Positions 1 through 9,455 of a stretch of 64,000 bases of DNA are shown here, piece by piece. The position numbers and the translations under genes are program-made. The notes below the pieces were generated by a model that had not been told where the DNA came from, did no database searches, and saw nothing but the letters and a program-made list of their open reading frames with translations. Numbering within the stretch: position 1 is the stretch's first letter; the number at the start of each line of letters is the position of its first letter. The stretch is from Obrimoposthia wandeli (Eukaryota): assembly GCA_977020255.1 (NCBI GenBank), contig CDROCS010000253.1:2914001-2978000 (forward strand), read 5' to 3'.

Positions 1-281
1 ACAATAGATGTTTCGCTACGTGTATCAGAAAAAATTAACCAACTTATATCCGTTTCATAATGATATTTAACTTTACCATCATCAAGATAACTTAACTCCC
101 TGATAGCTTTTCCTACAGGGTCTGATTTACGTAATAGCGTATACGTTGCACGAAAAGCAGGAATGGTTTCAGCGAATGAATTTTGTTGTTGCTGGGCTGT
201 TGGTAATGGTGGTGCGTCAGTATCAGTAGCGGAAGCCAATAAAGGTAAGGTCAAAAGGAATAGAGAGAGAAATTTTCGCAT
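1..281 (-). CDS. Secreted protein, probably DUF3108 family (partial, runs off the left edge)
   Basis: Manual translation from ATG at 281: MRKFLSLFLLTLPLLASATDTDAPP...FRATYTLLRKSDPVGKAIRELSY. Signal-peptide-like N-terminus; DUF3108 genes commonly follow purN in Alteromonadales. Not in the ORF track. Confidence 0.6.
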   Translation of the reverse strand, partial: MRKFLSLFLLTLPLLASATDTDAPPLPTAQQQQNSFAETIPAFRATYTLLRKSDPVGKAIRELSYLDDGKVKYHYETDISWLIFSDTRSETSI

Positions 282-428
282 AATAAACAAATAGTCCAGA
301 AGCAATGAGTATGTATTTATACTAACAGCTTCTGCCAGGGGGAGTGAACAATTTGGTAACTATTTGTTGTACTATTTGATGAGAAACTTCATTTAGCTAA
401 CGGTACTAAGATAACAGTATTTAACTAG

Positions 429-1070
429 TTAATCAGCAGCATAACCTGAAATAGGTAGTACATTACCATCTAATACAGCATTATCGCCTTGCATACTAAG
501 TCTTTTCTCAGCAAACCATTTAACTACTAATGGGTAGATGCGGTGTTCTTGCTCATGCACACGGGCTGCTAAATCGTCACTCACATCACCTTCAAATACT
601 GGGACTTTAGCTTGAAGAATTACGGGTCCGCCATCAAGCTCTTCAGTAACAAAGTGTACACTAACACCGTGTACATCATCACCGGCATCAATAGCACGTT
701 GATGGGTATTTAAACCCTGATATTTAGGCAAAAGAGAAGGGTGAATATTTAACAGTTTACTTTGAAAATGTTGAACAAAGCTTGGTGTAAGAATTCGCAT
801 AAAGCCGGCTAATACGATTAAGTCAGCATCAAAGCAATCAATTTCTTTGATTAGTGCTTGGTCGTAATCTTCACGGCTAGCAAATTCTTTATGAGAAAGC
901 GTTACAGCGGTAATATCAGCATTTTCAGCGCGGGTTAAGCCATAAGCATCGGCTTTATTTGAAATCACTCCGACTATTTCTGCAGGATAATTACTATCGG
1001 TACAGGCATCAATGATGGCTTGTAAGTTAGTGCCACCGCCAGAGATCAAAACTACTATTTTGCTCGACAT
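429..1070 (-). CDS. purN: Phosphoribosylglycinamide formyltransferase
   Basis: VVLISGGGTNLQAIID, LLNIHPSLLPKYQGL and LDGGPVILQ motifs. Confidence 0.98.
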   Translation of the reverse strand: MSSKIVVLISGGGTNLQAIIDACTDSNYPAEIVGVISNKADAYGLTRAENADITAVTLSHKEFASREDYDQALIKEIDCFDADLIVLAGFMRILTPSFVQHFQSKLLNIHPSLLPKYQGLNTHQRAIDAGDDVHGVSVHFVTEELDGGPVILQAKVPVFEGDVSDDLAARVHEQEHRIYPLVVKWFAEKRLSMQGDNAVLDGNVLPISGYAAD

Positions 1071-1137
1071 ATACTTTCCTCATGTCTTAATAAAGAGTGA
1101 ATAAAGGGTTAATAAAGAATTGTTAAAATAGAGATAA

Positions 1138-1167
1138 ATAAAAGGGGCTAGTAAATAGCCCCTTTAT
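1138..1167 (-). terminator. Hairpin/intrinsic terminator between purM and purN
   Basis: ATAAAAGGGGCTA-gtaaa-TAGCCCCTTTAT; T-run follows the stem on the minus strand. Confidence 0.65.
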
Positions 1168-1198
1168 AATATATTTGCTTGTTTAAACAGTTAACTGT

Positions 1199-2239
1199 TT
1201 ATGCAAAAACAACAGGCTCTTCACCGTCAGCTTTATCAGCGATTTCGCCAATGTGCCAAGCATTTTCGCCATGTGCTGTTAATATTTCAATACTCTGCGC
1301 TACTTTATCAGCGGGTACTACGATAACCATGCCAACACCACAGTTGAACGTGCGGTACATTTCATGTTCAGTAATGTTGCCGTTTTCTTGTAACCAGTTA
1401 AATATGCTCGGCCATTGCCAGCTATCACCTTTAATAACAGCTTGTGCTGTTTCAGGTAATACACGTGGGATATTTTCCCAGAAGCCACCACCAGTGATAT
1501 GAGAAAGTGCATGCACATCTACATTTTTAAGTAACTCAAGCACAGATTTTACATAAATCTTTGTTGGTTCAAGTAAATGGTCAGCAATTTTCTTGCCTTC
1601 AAGTAATTCATTAGTATCAGTATTGTTTACTTCTAATACTTTACGAATTAAAGAGAAACCATTTGAATGTGGACCTGAAGCACCAAGTGCAATCAGTTGA
1701 TCGCCAGCAGCAACGTTAGTACCGTCAATTAAACGAGACTTTTCAGCTACGCCCACACAAAAACCAGCGATATCGTAATCGCCTTTGTGGTACATACCTG
1801 GCATTTCTGCAGTTTCACCACCAACAAGAGCACAACCTGCTTGAATACAACCTTCAGCAATACCTTCAACCACAGATGATGCAACAGCAATATCCAGTTT
1901 CGCTGTAGCATAATAATCAAGGAAGAATAAAGGCTCTGCACCTTGTACGATAAGATCGTTAACACACATAGCAACTAAGTCGATACCAACGGTATCGTGC
2001 TTAGCTAGATCAATAGCTAAACGTAATTTAGTGCCTACACCGTCGGTACCTGCAACTAAAACAGGTTCTTTATAACCTGTAGGTAATTGACATACCGAAC
2101 CAAAACCACCTAGACCACCCATAACTTCTGGACGTGTTGTACGCTTTACCGCACCTTTAATGTTTTCTACTAGGGCATTACCAGCATCAATATCAACACC
2201 AGCATCTTTATAGCTTAACGACTGTTTTTGTTCGCTCAC
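1199..2239 (-). CDS. purM: Phosphoribosylformylglycinamidine cyclo-ligase (AIR synthase)
   Basis: [38 protein letters not shown]. Confidence 0.99.
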   Translation of the reverse strand: MSEQKQSLSYKDAGVDIDAGNALVENIKGAVKRTTRPEVMGGLGGFGSVCQLPTGYKEPVLVAGTDGVGTKLRLAIDLAKHDTVGIDLVAMCVNDLIVQGAEPLFFLDYYATAKLDIAVASSVVEGIAEGCIQAGCALVGGETAEMPGMYHKGDYDIAGFCVGVAEKSRLIDGTNVAAGDQLIALGASGPHSNGFSLIRKVLEVNNTDTNELLEGKKIADHLLEPTKIYVKSVLELLKNVDVHALSHITGGGFWENIPRVLPETAQAVIKGDSWQWPSIFNWLQENGNITEHEMYRTFNCGVGMVIVVPADKVAQSIEILTAHGENAWHIGEIADKADGEEPVVFA

Positions 2240-2279
2240 GGGAGACCTCAGAAATTACTGACAGTATTTAAAGGGGCGT

Positions 2280-2308
2280 ATTCTACCAGCGCTAAGGCTC
2301 ATACTCAA
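2280..2308 (-). promoter_or_regulatory. Probable sigma70 promoter of purM
   Basis: Minus strand TTGAGT-N17-TAGAAT about 40 nt upstream of the purM start. Confidence 0.6.
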
Positions 2309-2449
2309 GGCGATAAACAGTATCTTCGGTTAGTTTTATTTTATTGGCGTATTTCCAAGGAATTTATTCAGTTTTGCGGGTATTAATTGCTGACAATGTG
2401 GTAAGATAATACATATAAAATCATAGAGTTTTTAAAGTTTTCAACAGAT

Positions 2450-3862
2450 ATGTTTAGATTTTCCTTTATATTAATTATGCTGGTATTTTCGTTACTTAGC
2501 GCTAGTTTAGCAGCCCTTGAAGTAAATGATCTGTACCAAGCCAATGTTGTCGTCGACTCGCAAGCTCGAGAGCAACGTGAACAAGCAATAAAAAAAGCAC
2601 TGCAAAGTGTGTTTTTAAAAGTCGGCGGTAAAAAAAGTGTGTTAACACATGATGTGTTGAAAAAGGCACAAAAAAGAGCCAGTCGCTATATTAGTCAATA
2701 TCGGTATCAACGAAAAGATGAAGAGCTAAGTTTGGTCGTTAGCTTCAATGAAGACAAAGTAAACCAATTATTTAAAGAAGCGGATCTTGCCTTATGGGGG
2801 AGTTTACGCCCACAAGTACTTTTATGGTTAATTGATGAAGAAGGCACAAGCCGCACTATAATAGCTTCTGATGCCGATACTACTATCATTACAAGTATCA
2901 ATGACTTCTCAATACAACGTGGTTTACCTATTGTTATGCCTTTAATGGACTTAACAGATAATGAACAAGTGGTATTAAGTGACTTTTGGGGCTATTTTTC
3001 TGAGCAAATACAGCAAGCTTCACAGCGCTATTCTGCCGACACTATTGTGGTGATGAGGGTTTCAAATTCGAGCTTAGTTATCGAGACTGAGCAAAATGAA
3101 ATATCTATCGCCTCAGATAATACTTCCTGTGGCTTGTTATGTGAACAGCAAGAGATTGTTATCCCTAAAGCGTTAGATTGGCGTGTTTTCACCCAAGGCA
3201 CCATCTATACTCAACAATACCAAGGTATTGATAAAGTCAGTTTGATTGCACAGGGCTTATCTGATATTACCGAATTAATCTATCAATCCTATGCGTTATC
3301 CACAACAGCTGAAAATGATTTTGTTATTGAAGTTAACAATGTCACCTCATTGAAAAGTGACACACAATTATTTGATTTTTTAACGGACTTATCAGCGGTT
3401 AAAGCCGTCACTTTAATGAGTGCCCAAGGTGATGTTCGTCAATTCAAATTAGAGTTAATTGGTTCAAAAGCTTCCTTTTTAGCTTCATTAAAACTAAATA
3501 ATAAGTTAACGCAACAACTTGATAGTCAACTCGATGGCTTTTCTCATGCTCAGCAATTCAATAATCAGCATCTTGCAGGAGGAAATTTCAATAGCCATAA
3601 TCCAATAAAAGTGATTGTTTTAGGCGCTGTTGATATTGAGGAAGACGCACTTGAAAACCCACAAACGAATTTAAACGATAATGAAGGTCGCCTAGATAAT
3701 AGTATCTCTGTGACTAACCCTACGGCAGAGGACAGCAGTAATTTTAATGCTAACTCTGCCGATGAACTTACCAAGAATGACCAATTGCAAACATTAACTG
3801 AAACAAAAAAAACACTTACCATGATACCAAAAATTCCCGTTTTTTATTGGGAGCAAGGATGA
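2450..3862 (+). CDS. DUF2066 family periplasmic protein
   Basis: Signal peptide, DLYQA...AL..VFLKVGG, WGSLRPQVLLWL, LPIVMPLMDLTD; purM-DUF2066-hda synteny. Confidence 0.85.
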   Translation: MFRFSFILIMLVFSLLSASLAALEVNDLYQANVVVDSQAREQREQAIKKALQSVFLKVGGKKSVLTHDVLKKAQKRASRYISQYRYQRKDEELSLVVSFNEDKVNQLFKEADLALWGSLRPQVLLWLIDEEGTSRTIIASDADTTIITSINDFSIQRGLPIVMPLMDLTDNEQVVLSDFWGYFSEQIQQASQRYSADTIVVMRVSNSSLVIETEQNEISIASDNTSCGLLCEQQEIVIPKALDWRVFTQGTIYTQQYQGIDKVSLIAQGLSDITELIYQSYALSTTAENDFVIEVNNVTSLKSDTQLFDFLTDLSAVKAVTLMSAQGDVRQFKLELIGSKASFLASLKLNNKLTQQLDSQLDGFSHAQQFNNQHLAGGNFNSHNPIKVIVLGAVDIEEDALENPQTNLNDNEGRLDNSISVTNPTAEDSSNFNANSADELTKNDQLQTLTETKKTLTMIPKIPVFYWEQG

Positions 3863-4566
3863 AGCAAGTTGCTCAATTAACCTTGATGGTGCAATTACCT
3901 GATGATGAAACGTTTGATAGTTTTAAAAGTGACATTAATCAGGGGATTGTTAGTCAATTAAAATCCTTTATAGAATCAAAGCAAGAAACGCCGCACAGTC
4001 TTTATTTGTTTGGCTTGACGAGTGTTGGTAAATCTCACTTAATGCATGCAAGTAGTGCTTATGCTGCGAAAATTGGAAAATCTTCCGTATGTTTATCTTG
4101 TGCAGAGTTAAAACAATTACCGGTAGAAGTCTTAGATGGCTTAGAGCAAATTGATTTAATCTGTTTAGATGATATTCATTTGATTGCGGGCGATATACGC
4201 TGGCAACAAGCTATTTTTGATTTATATAATAGGGTGCTTGAACAGAATAATTTCTTATTAATTTCAGGTGATGAAAGTGCTCAACAGTTAGGTATAACCT
4301 TGCCTGATTTAGTCTCAAGGCTTACTTGGGGGTTAACTGAGCAGGTTAAGCCACTTGAGGATGAAGAGAAGGTTGTTGCTTTGCAGCACCGTGCCACGCA
4401 ACGAGGTTTGATTTTATCCGATGAAGTGGTAAAATTTTTACTCAATCGTTTGAGCCGAGATATGGGCAGTTTAATCAACTCACTCGATGTTTTAGATAAA
4501 GCTTCTATTCAAGAGCAAAGAAAAATTACCATTCCTTTTATCAAGGAAGTACTAACGCTTCAATAG
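3859..4566 (+). CDS. hda: DnaA regulatory inactivator Hda
   Basis: AQLTLMVQLPDDETFDSF, degenerate Walker A (GLTSVGKSHL), DLVSRLTWG, LDKASIQEQRKITIPFIKEVL. ATG 3859 overlaps the upstream stop (ATGA). Confidence 0.95.
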   Translation: MKQVAQLTLMVQLPDDETFDSFKSDINQGIVSQLKSFIESKQETPHSLYLFGLTSVGKSHLMHASSAYAAKIGKSSVCLSCAELKQLPVEVLDGLEQIDLICLDDIHLIAGDIRWQQAIFDLYNRVLEQNNFLLISGDESAQQLGITLPDLVSRLTWGLTEQVKPLEDEEKVVALQHRATQRGLILSDEVVKFLLNRLSRDMGSLINSLDVLDKASIQEQRKITIPFIKEVLTLQ

Positions 4567-4609
4567 CTTCCTGAAACATGGCGTTAAAATTGAGCTAAGT
4601 AGTCTCTAT

Positions 4610-4649
4610 AATATAAAAAACGCGATTATTTAATCGCGTTTTTTATATT
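4610..4649. terminator. Bidirectional intrinsic terminator
   Basis: AATATAAAAAACGCGATT...AATCGCGTTTTTTATATT between convergent genes. Confidence 0.85.
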
Positions 4650-4705
4650 TGTCTCGATCTGAAGTTAATTAAGTAAATAAGCCGATCAATAACATACAGT
4701 AGGCT

Positions 4706-5019
4706 TATACCCGCTCCACTTGAAGATGCTCGTTTCAGGAAGTTTGAGCGATTCATAATCAAGACGCATTTTTTATTAAGGGTCATTCAGGAGAATGTGC
4801 CTCCTGCATTCTCTAATAAGCTACCTCCATGTAGGGTCCTTAAAAAGAAATCTAACGCAGAGTATGATTTGCTCAGTCTTCCCCAAGGGCTGGTTTAGAA
4901 ACCCTTTATGCTGAGTTATTGATTTTGACAATAGAATAACGATTCTCTTCAATCAAGGCCTTGCCTAAAGGTGTTTCTAATTCCAGCTGAATCATGCATC
5001 TTCAAGTGGAGCGGGTATA
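4706..5019. mobile_element. ERIC-like MITE, 314 bp
   Basis: Perfect 24-bp terminal inverted repeat TATACCCGCTCCACTTGAAGATGC / GCATCTTCAAGTGGAGCGGGTATA; TA at both ends; no coding capacity. Confidence 0.8.
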
Positions 5020-5060
5020 TTACTCGTTTTAGTTTTATGAGAAGCGATACTTATCCTATA

Positions 5061-6998
5061 TTAATGCTTAGGTAGTGGTTTTTGATAATAACGATTGAAG
5101 TCATTTACCGGTTCACTTTGTACGGGGTGCAGACGTATAAAGTCACTTGCAGAGAACGATTTTTTAATACCTTTCACAGTATTATTTCCGTTTTGTTGGT
5201 CTGGACTAATGGTTAGGTTATCCAGCCAATTATTTCCTTCAATCATCTTAATAGGGTTTGGTACTAGGCTCATTGCTGCTTGGCTGTCAAATTCAGGCAA
5301 TACACGGCTAGCACTAAAAAGCACTCTACTTCTTAATTCATCGTCGCCAATGCGACCGCGTTGCCCCCAAGTGACAATATAATTGGCAGCTGAGGTATTA
5401 TCTCCACTAGGCTGGTTGGTAATAGCGACATCACGTATGACAGCAAAACGGTTTTGCATCATTAACTCCTCAAATAACATAGCGTAATCTTCACGTTTAC
5501 TTGAGAAAGCATAAAAGTCTGAGGCGCCATCAGAGCTAAAGAAAATTTCTATATCTGTTGGTAAGTAATTTTTTTGTGTTTTATTTGCGCTCTCGCCAGC
5601 GAAACTAACTTGCGCTAAATCACGCATCTCTTGGCTTTTAAGAGGAAAGGAAATAGCTAATTCATCTGACTCAAACGTTGTACTGACGGCAGCATCGAGC
5701 ACTCGTTGATTACTTTTATGTACATACCATTCATTACTTGGGAAAAAATCATTGGCATGAGCAAGCTCATGATACATCAATGACGTTAAGCGATATAAAG
5801 CATCTGCTGGTGTTCGAGTAATACGTTCCGACTTACTATAACGTTGACTAGCATAAGCATTATCTTTTACGTACCGCCAAGGCATAACGAATTGTAAGTC
5901 GTTACCAAAACCAGCCCGAAAATCTGGTGCTTCATTAATAGTATCGCGCTCTTGCGGGCTTAACCAAAAATTTTCTGCATCTAAATATATCGCGCCTGTC
6001 GTAGCCCAGTAAAATGAAGGGCGCACATCATAAGAAATAACGATTGCTGTGGTTGCTCTAAGCAAGTTTTTTATATCGTTGTTGGTATCATTATGAGTCA
6101 AGAAGTCTTTAAAGCGATCGCCCATCCATCTATGTGACACGACAACGCGATCCATAATGCTTTCTATTGATGGCGTCATTGAGGAGCTTTTAACTTCTTC
6201 TGCAAGTAGAGGTGTTTGGGCTAAAGTACATGAACTGGTTAGGGTATTAGCGTAAACGCAAGTAACTAAATTTTTAGCATAAGGGCTATTACGATTATAA
6301 GTAAAAACCGAGGCTTTACGATCTGAAAAGTAAGCATTACTACCTATGGCAGCAGCCGGCTCTATTAGTACCGACACTTGATCATGATAGGTCGTATTAC
6401 TGTCAGAATCCGTAGCCGATGCCTTGAAGGTAAGAATAGTATCAACATCAACTTGTGGTGCATTAAAGAAAATAGCTAAGGCACCATCACTCTTATCAGT
6501 GGTTAAGGTGACATTAGGTCCCTTTATTTGTTGCCATACCAAAGTGTCGGTATTAATAGTCTCGTGAAGTTGGCTACGCAGTGATACTTTGTTACCAGCT
6601 AAAGTGGCATGAGACAAACGTGAGGTTAACTTATTAATATCCTCGTTAACGGTAATGTTTTTCTTTAGCGTTTGCTCAAAGCCATTATTGAGTATAAAAC
6701 TGACACTGAAACTGTAATCACCTGCAAGCGTTGGAGTAAAAGAAATAACTTTACTCGTTTTTGCTAAAATCAATACCGGCTCACCAGCCGTTTGCTGCCA
6801 GCTAATATTACTTACTTTGTCATTAGGATAGTGAAGAAGAAGATCAATGCCTTGGTTGATATTTTGTACTTCATCAATTTGCACTATGCTATCAAACGGA
6901 TAATTCGTTCCATTATTAGAGTTACTATCACACGCCGTTAATAACGTGACGAGTGATAATGACAGCAGTAAGTTGATGTTTACAATATTTAAGGACAT
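5061..6998 (-). CDS. Lipoprotein with two PKD/Ig-like domains and a putative HExxH metallopeptidase domain
   Basis: Lipobox LLTAC; WQQTAGEPV and WQQIKGPNV PKD-like motifs; YHELAHAND. Confidence 0.7.
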   Translation of the reverse strand: MSLNIVNINLLLSLSLVTLLTACDSNSNNGTNYPFDSIVQIDEVQNINQGIDLLLHYPNDKVSNISWQQTAGEPVLILAKTSKVISFTPTLAGDYSFSVSFILNNGFEQTLKKNITVNEDINKLTSRLSHATLAGNKVSLRSQLHETINTDTLVWQQIKGPNVTLTTDKSDGALAIFFNAPQVDVDTILTFKASATDSDSNTTYHDQVSVLIEPAAAIGSNAYFSDRKASVFTYNRNSPYAKNLVTCVYANTLTSSCTLAQTPLLAEEVKSSSMTPSIESIMDRVVVSHRWMGDRFKDFLTHNDTNNDIKNLLRATTAIVISYDVRPSFYWATTGAIYLDAENFWLSPQERDTINEAPDFRAGFGNDLQFVMPWRYVKDNAYASQRYSKSERITRTPADALYRLTSLMYHELAHANDFFPSNEWYVHKSNQRVLDAAVSTTFESDELAISFPLKSQEMRDLAQVSFAGESANKTQKNYLPTDIEIFFSSDGASDFYAFSSKREDYAMLFEELMMQNRFAVIRDVAITNQPSGDNTSAANYIVTWGQRGRIGDDELRSRVLFSASRVLPEFDSQAAMSLVPNPIKMIEGNNWLDNLTISPDQQNGNNTVKGIKKSFSASDFIRLHPVQSEPVNDFNRYYQKPLPKH

Positions 6999-7020
6999 TA
7001 ACTTCTTCCTTCCTAGTTTA

Positions 7021-7066
7021 TACTCAAGCCACTGAAGCTGCAGGTTTCAAGTGGCTTGGGTATAGC
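7021..7066. repeat. Minimal ERIC-like element (46 bp, ends only)
   Basis: TATACTCAAGCCACTGAAG-ctgcagg-TTTCAAGTGGCTTGGGTATA near-perfect inverted repeat with TATAC...GTATA ends. Confidence 0.7.
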
Positions 7067-7084
7067 GAGCCAAAACGGTTAGAG

Positions 7085-7492
7085 TTATTTACTCTCTGAA
7101 TCGATGTCTTTCTTTTTTCGGATGCTCAAGCCAAGTTCCTGACCACGAAACTTAGCATAATAAGTAGCACCAAAAAACATCGCGCTAGCAAAAATCAACT
7201 CTAACATTGCCCATATTCTGTCCGCGGGTAATACCCAAAGCGTGGTTAAACTATGTAAAAAATAGATTAAAACAATGAAGTTAGACCAAGCATAAGTGAA
7301 TGGATTTCCTTGCAACATACCTTTTAAAGGAAATAATAACGGCAAGGTAAACATTAGTAGTGTCGTTAAAGTACCTAAGCTTTCACTTGGGCTTAGTACT
7401 ATTAACCATAACGGCATAAATACTAATAAAGAAAAATAACCAGCTAAGGCTATTTTTTTGTAATTACTGGTAGAAAGTCTTTGTTTGTTCAT
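7085..7492 (-). CDS. DUF2069 family membrane protein
   Basis: PLLFPLKGMLQGNPFTYAWSNFIVLIYFLH motif; arsC-DUF2069-hda synteny. Confidence 0.88.
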   Translation of the reverse strand: MNKQRLSTSNYKKIALAGYFSLLVFMPLWLIVLSPSESLGTLTTLLMFTLPLLFPLKGMLQGNPFTYAWSNFIVLIYFLHSLTTLWVLPADRIWAMLELIFASAMFFGATYYAKFRGQELGLSIRKKKDIDSESK

Positions 7493-7514
7493 TGGGCTGC
7501 TTATTTAAAAAAGG

Positions 7515-7871
7515 TTACTGTTTAAAAAAAGTTAAAACATTTTCAGGGGGACGACCAATAATTGCTTTGTTACCATCAGTGACGATAGGACGTTCAATTA
7601 GTTTCGCCGTATTTGCCATGGCATTAATTAAGTCTTCTTCATTAGCCCCTTTTAAATTATTGTCAGTAAACTCAGCTTCTTTTACGCGCATCATTTCAAG
7701 CGCAGAACAATTAAGCTGTGCTAATAATTGCTTGATTTGAGCATGATCAAGTGGTGTTTTTAAGTACTCAACAATGGTCACATCTTGCTGTGATTTTTGT
7801 GCTTGTTCTTCAAGTAAAGCAAGTGTTTGGCGACTTTTAGAACACCTTGGATTGTGATAAATAGTAAACAT
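7515..7871 (-). CDS. arsC: Arsenate reductase (glutaredoxin)/YfgD family
   Basis: IYHNPRCSKSR, LIERPIV, AIIGRPPENV. Confidence 0.88.
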   Translation of the reverse strand: MFTIYHNPRCSKSRQTLALLEEQAQKSQQDVTIVEYLKTPLDHAQIKQLLAQLNCSALEMMRVKEAEFTDNNLKGANEEDLINAMANTAKLIERPIVTDGNKAIIGRPPENVLTFFKQ

Positions 7872-7929
7872 TGTTTTCCTTTGATAATTAATTGATGGTT
7901 AAACGATAATATAAATGCTAATAAATGGG

Positions 7930-9399
7930 TTACAAACGTTTTAAACGATTTTCTTGTTCTTGTAATTGTAATATTCGAGCCTTTACTCTTTTTTGCATTA
8001 AAGGCTGCTCGTCAAGAAAGGCATAACTCGTCTGCAATTCGTCAACGGCTTTTGGGTATGCGCCAAGTAAAGCGTAGACTTCAGCTTTACTCATGTGCAT
8101 TAAACCTGTTTTCTCTTGCGAGCGATACAGGTTGGTTAATATATCATAAGCGATAAAGTTACCGGGGTTGACTAATAAAAAGTCATGCAATATTTGTGCG
8201 GCAAGGTCATATTTTTTCACGGTAAGTAGTGCGTTAGCATAGTTTAAACTCACTACTTGATTGTTAGGCATGAATAAGGTTAATCGTTCAAGCATCTTAA
8301 TTGCTTCAGTTGCTTGGTTATTTGCTATGTAGACATCCGTTAAGGCATCAACATAAAATAAATTATTTTCATCGTGTTGCTTTAACATCTCTAATAATTG
8401 CAACGCTTCACTCGTTTGTTTGTTTTCAAAATATGATAGCGCTAAACCATATTGCGCAGCAGCTTTAAGGGAATAGCGTTTTTTCGCTAATTGTTGCTTA
8501 AAAAAGCTGATATTTGATCTAGCATCACCTTGATATCTCGCTTTTAATCTTGCTTTAGTGAGTTCAAAATCTAAGCTAGGTGGTCGTGGTCTTGCTGGAT
8601 AGTTTAAAGCACGTTGGCGAGCATCGGCAATACGAGATTCGGGTAATGGATGGGTAAGCAACATTGCTGGCGGCTTACTGGCATAGCGATATTTAGTCGA
8701 CATCTTACTAAAAAAGCTTGCCGCACCTTGGGGATCATAATTGCTACTTGCTAGTAAGGCAATACCTACTCTATCAGCTTCTTTTTCATTACCACGCGTG
8801 TAGTTAATACTGGCTTGCTGTGTTACGGCCATACTCGCACTAAGTGCGGCCATACCAACGGTGGGGTTAACTAAAGTAAGTAGCACACTAGAAAGCATAG
8901 CGGCCATGGTTAAGCCTTGTGTTTGACTTTGTGATTCAAGACGACGGGCTAAATGGCGCTGAGTAACATGAGAAATTTCATGAGCAATAACAGAAGCCAA
9001 TTCACTTTCAGTGTCAGCCGTTGTTATTAAACCACTATGGATACCTACATGACCGCCAAAAAAAGCAAAAGCGTTTAATTCACTATTATTGATAAGAAAA
9101 AATTCAAACGCGTAATTAACCCCTTGGGCATTTTTTACTAGGGAATTACCTAAGTGGTTAATATACTCAATTAATACTGGGTCTTGAATTAGTGGTTGCG
9201 AGGCGCGTAATTGGCGCATCATAGCTTGACCAATTTGCAGCTCTTTATCTATTGATAATACGCTGTAGCCTGAAATGCCTATGTCGGGTAGTTTATTCTT
9301 ATTGTTATGATTATCAATGGCACTAGCATTAAAGCTAGTCGCTGTAGCAATGCCTAATGTAAATAACAAAGCAGTAAGCATGGGTCTTAGGTTAAACAA
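7930..9399 (-). CDS. bepA: Beta-barrel assembly-enhancing M48 metalloprotease with TPRs
   Basis: NAFAFFGG, HEISH zinc motif, EKEADRVG, LTHPLPESRI. Confidence 0.93.
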   Translation of the reverse strand: MFNLRPMLTALLFTLGIATATSFNASAIDNHNNKNKLPDIGISGYSVLSIDKELQIGQAMMRQLRASQPLIQDPVLIEYINHLGNSLVKNAQGVNYAFEFFLINNSELNAFAFFGGHVGIHSGLITTADTESELASVIAHEISHVTQRHLARRLESQSQTQGLTMAAMLSSVLLTLVNPTVGMAALSASMAVTQQASINYTRGNEKEADRVGIALLASSNYDPQGAASFFSKMSTKYRYASKPPAMLLTHPLPESRIADARQRALNYPARPRPPSLDFELTKARLKARYQGDARSNISFFKQQLAKKRYSLKAAAQYGLALSYFENKQTSEALQLLEMLKQHDENNLFYVDALTDVYIANNQATEAIKMLERLTLFMPNNQVVSLNYANALLTVKKYDLAAQILHDFLLVNPGNFIAYDILTNLYRSQEKTGLMHMSKAEVYALLGAYPKAVDELQTSYAFLDEQPLMQKRVKARILQLQEQENRLKRL

Positions 9400-9455
9400 T
9401 ATTACATCCTAGAGTCATAATTGAAATATACGAAAGTGATAAAGAACACTTAGGC

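Noticed and set aside
2300-2340. PurR box upstream of purM
   Set aside because: No convincing match to the ACGCAAACGTTTGCGT palindrome.
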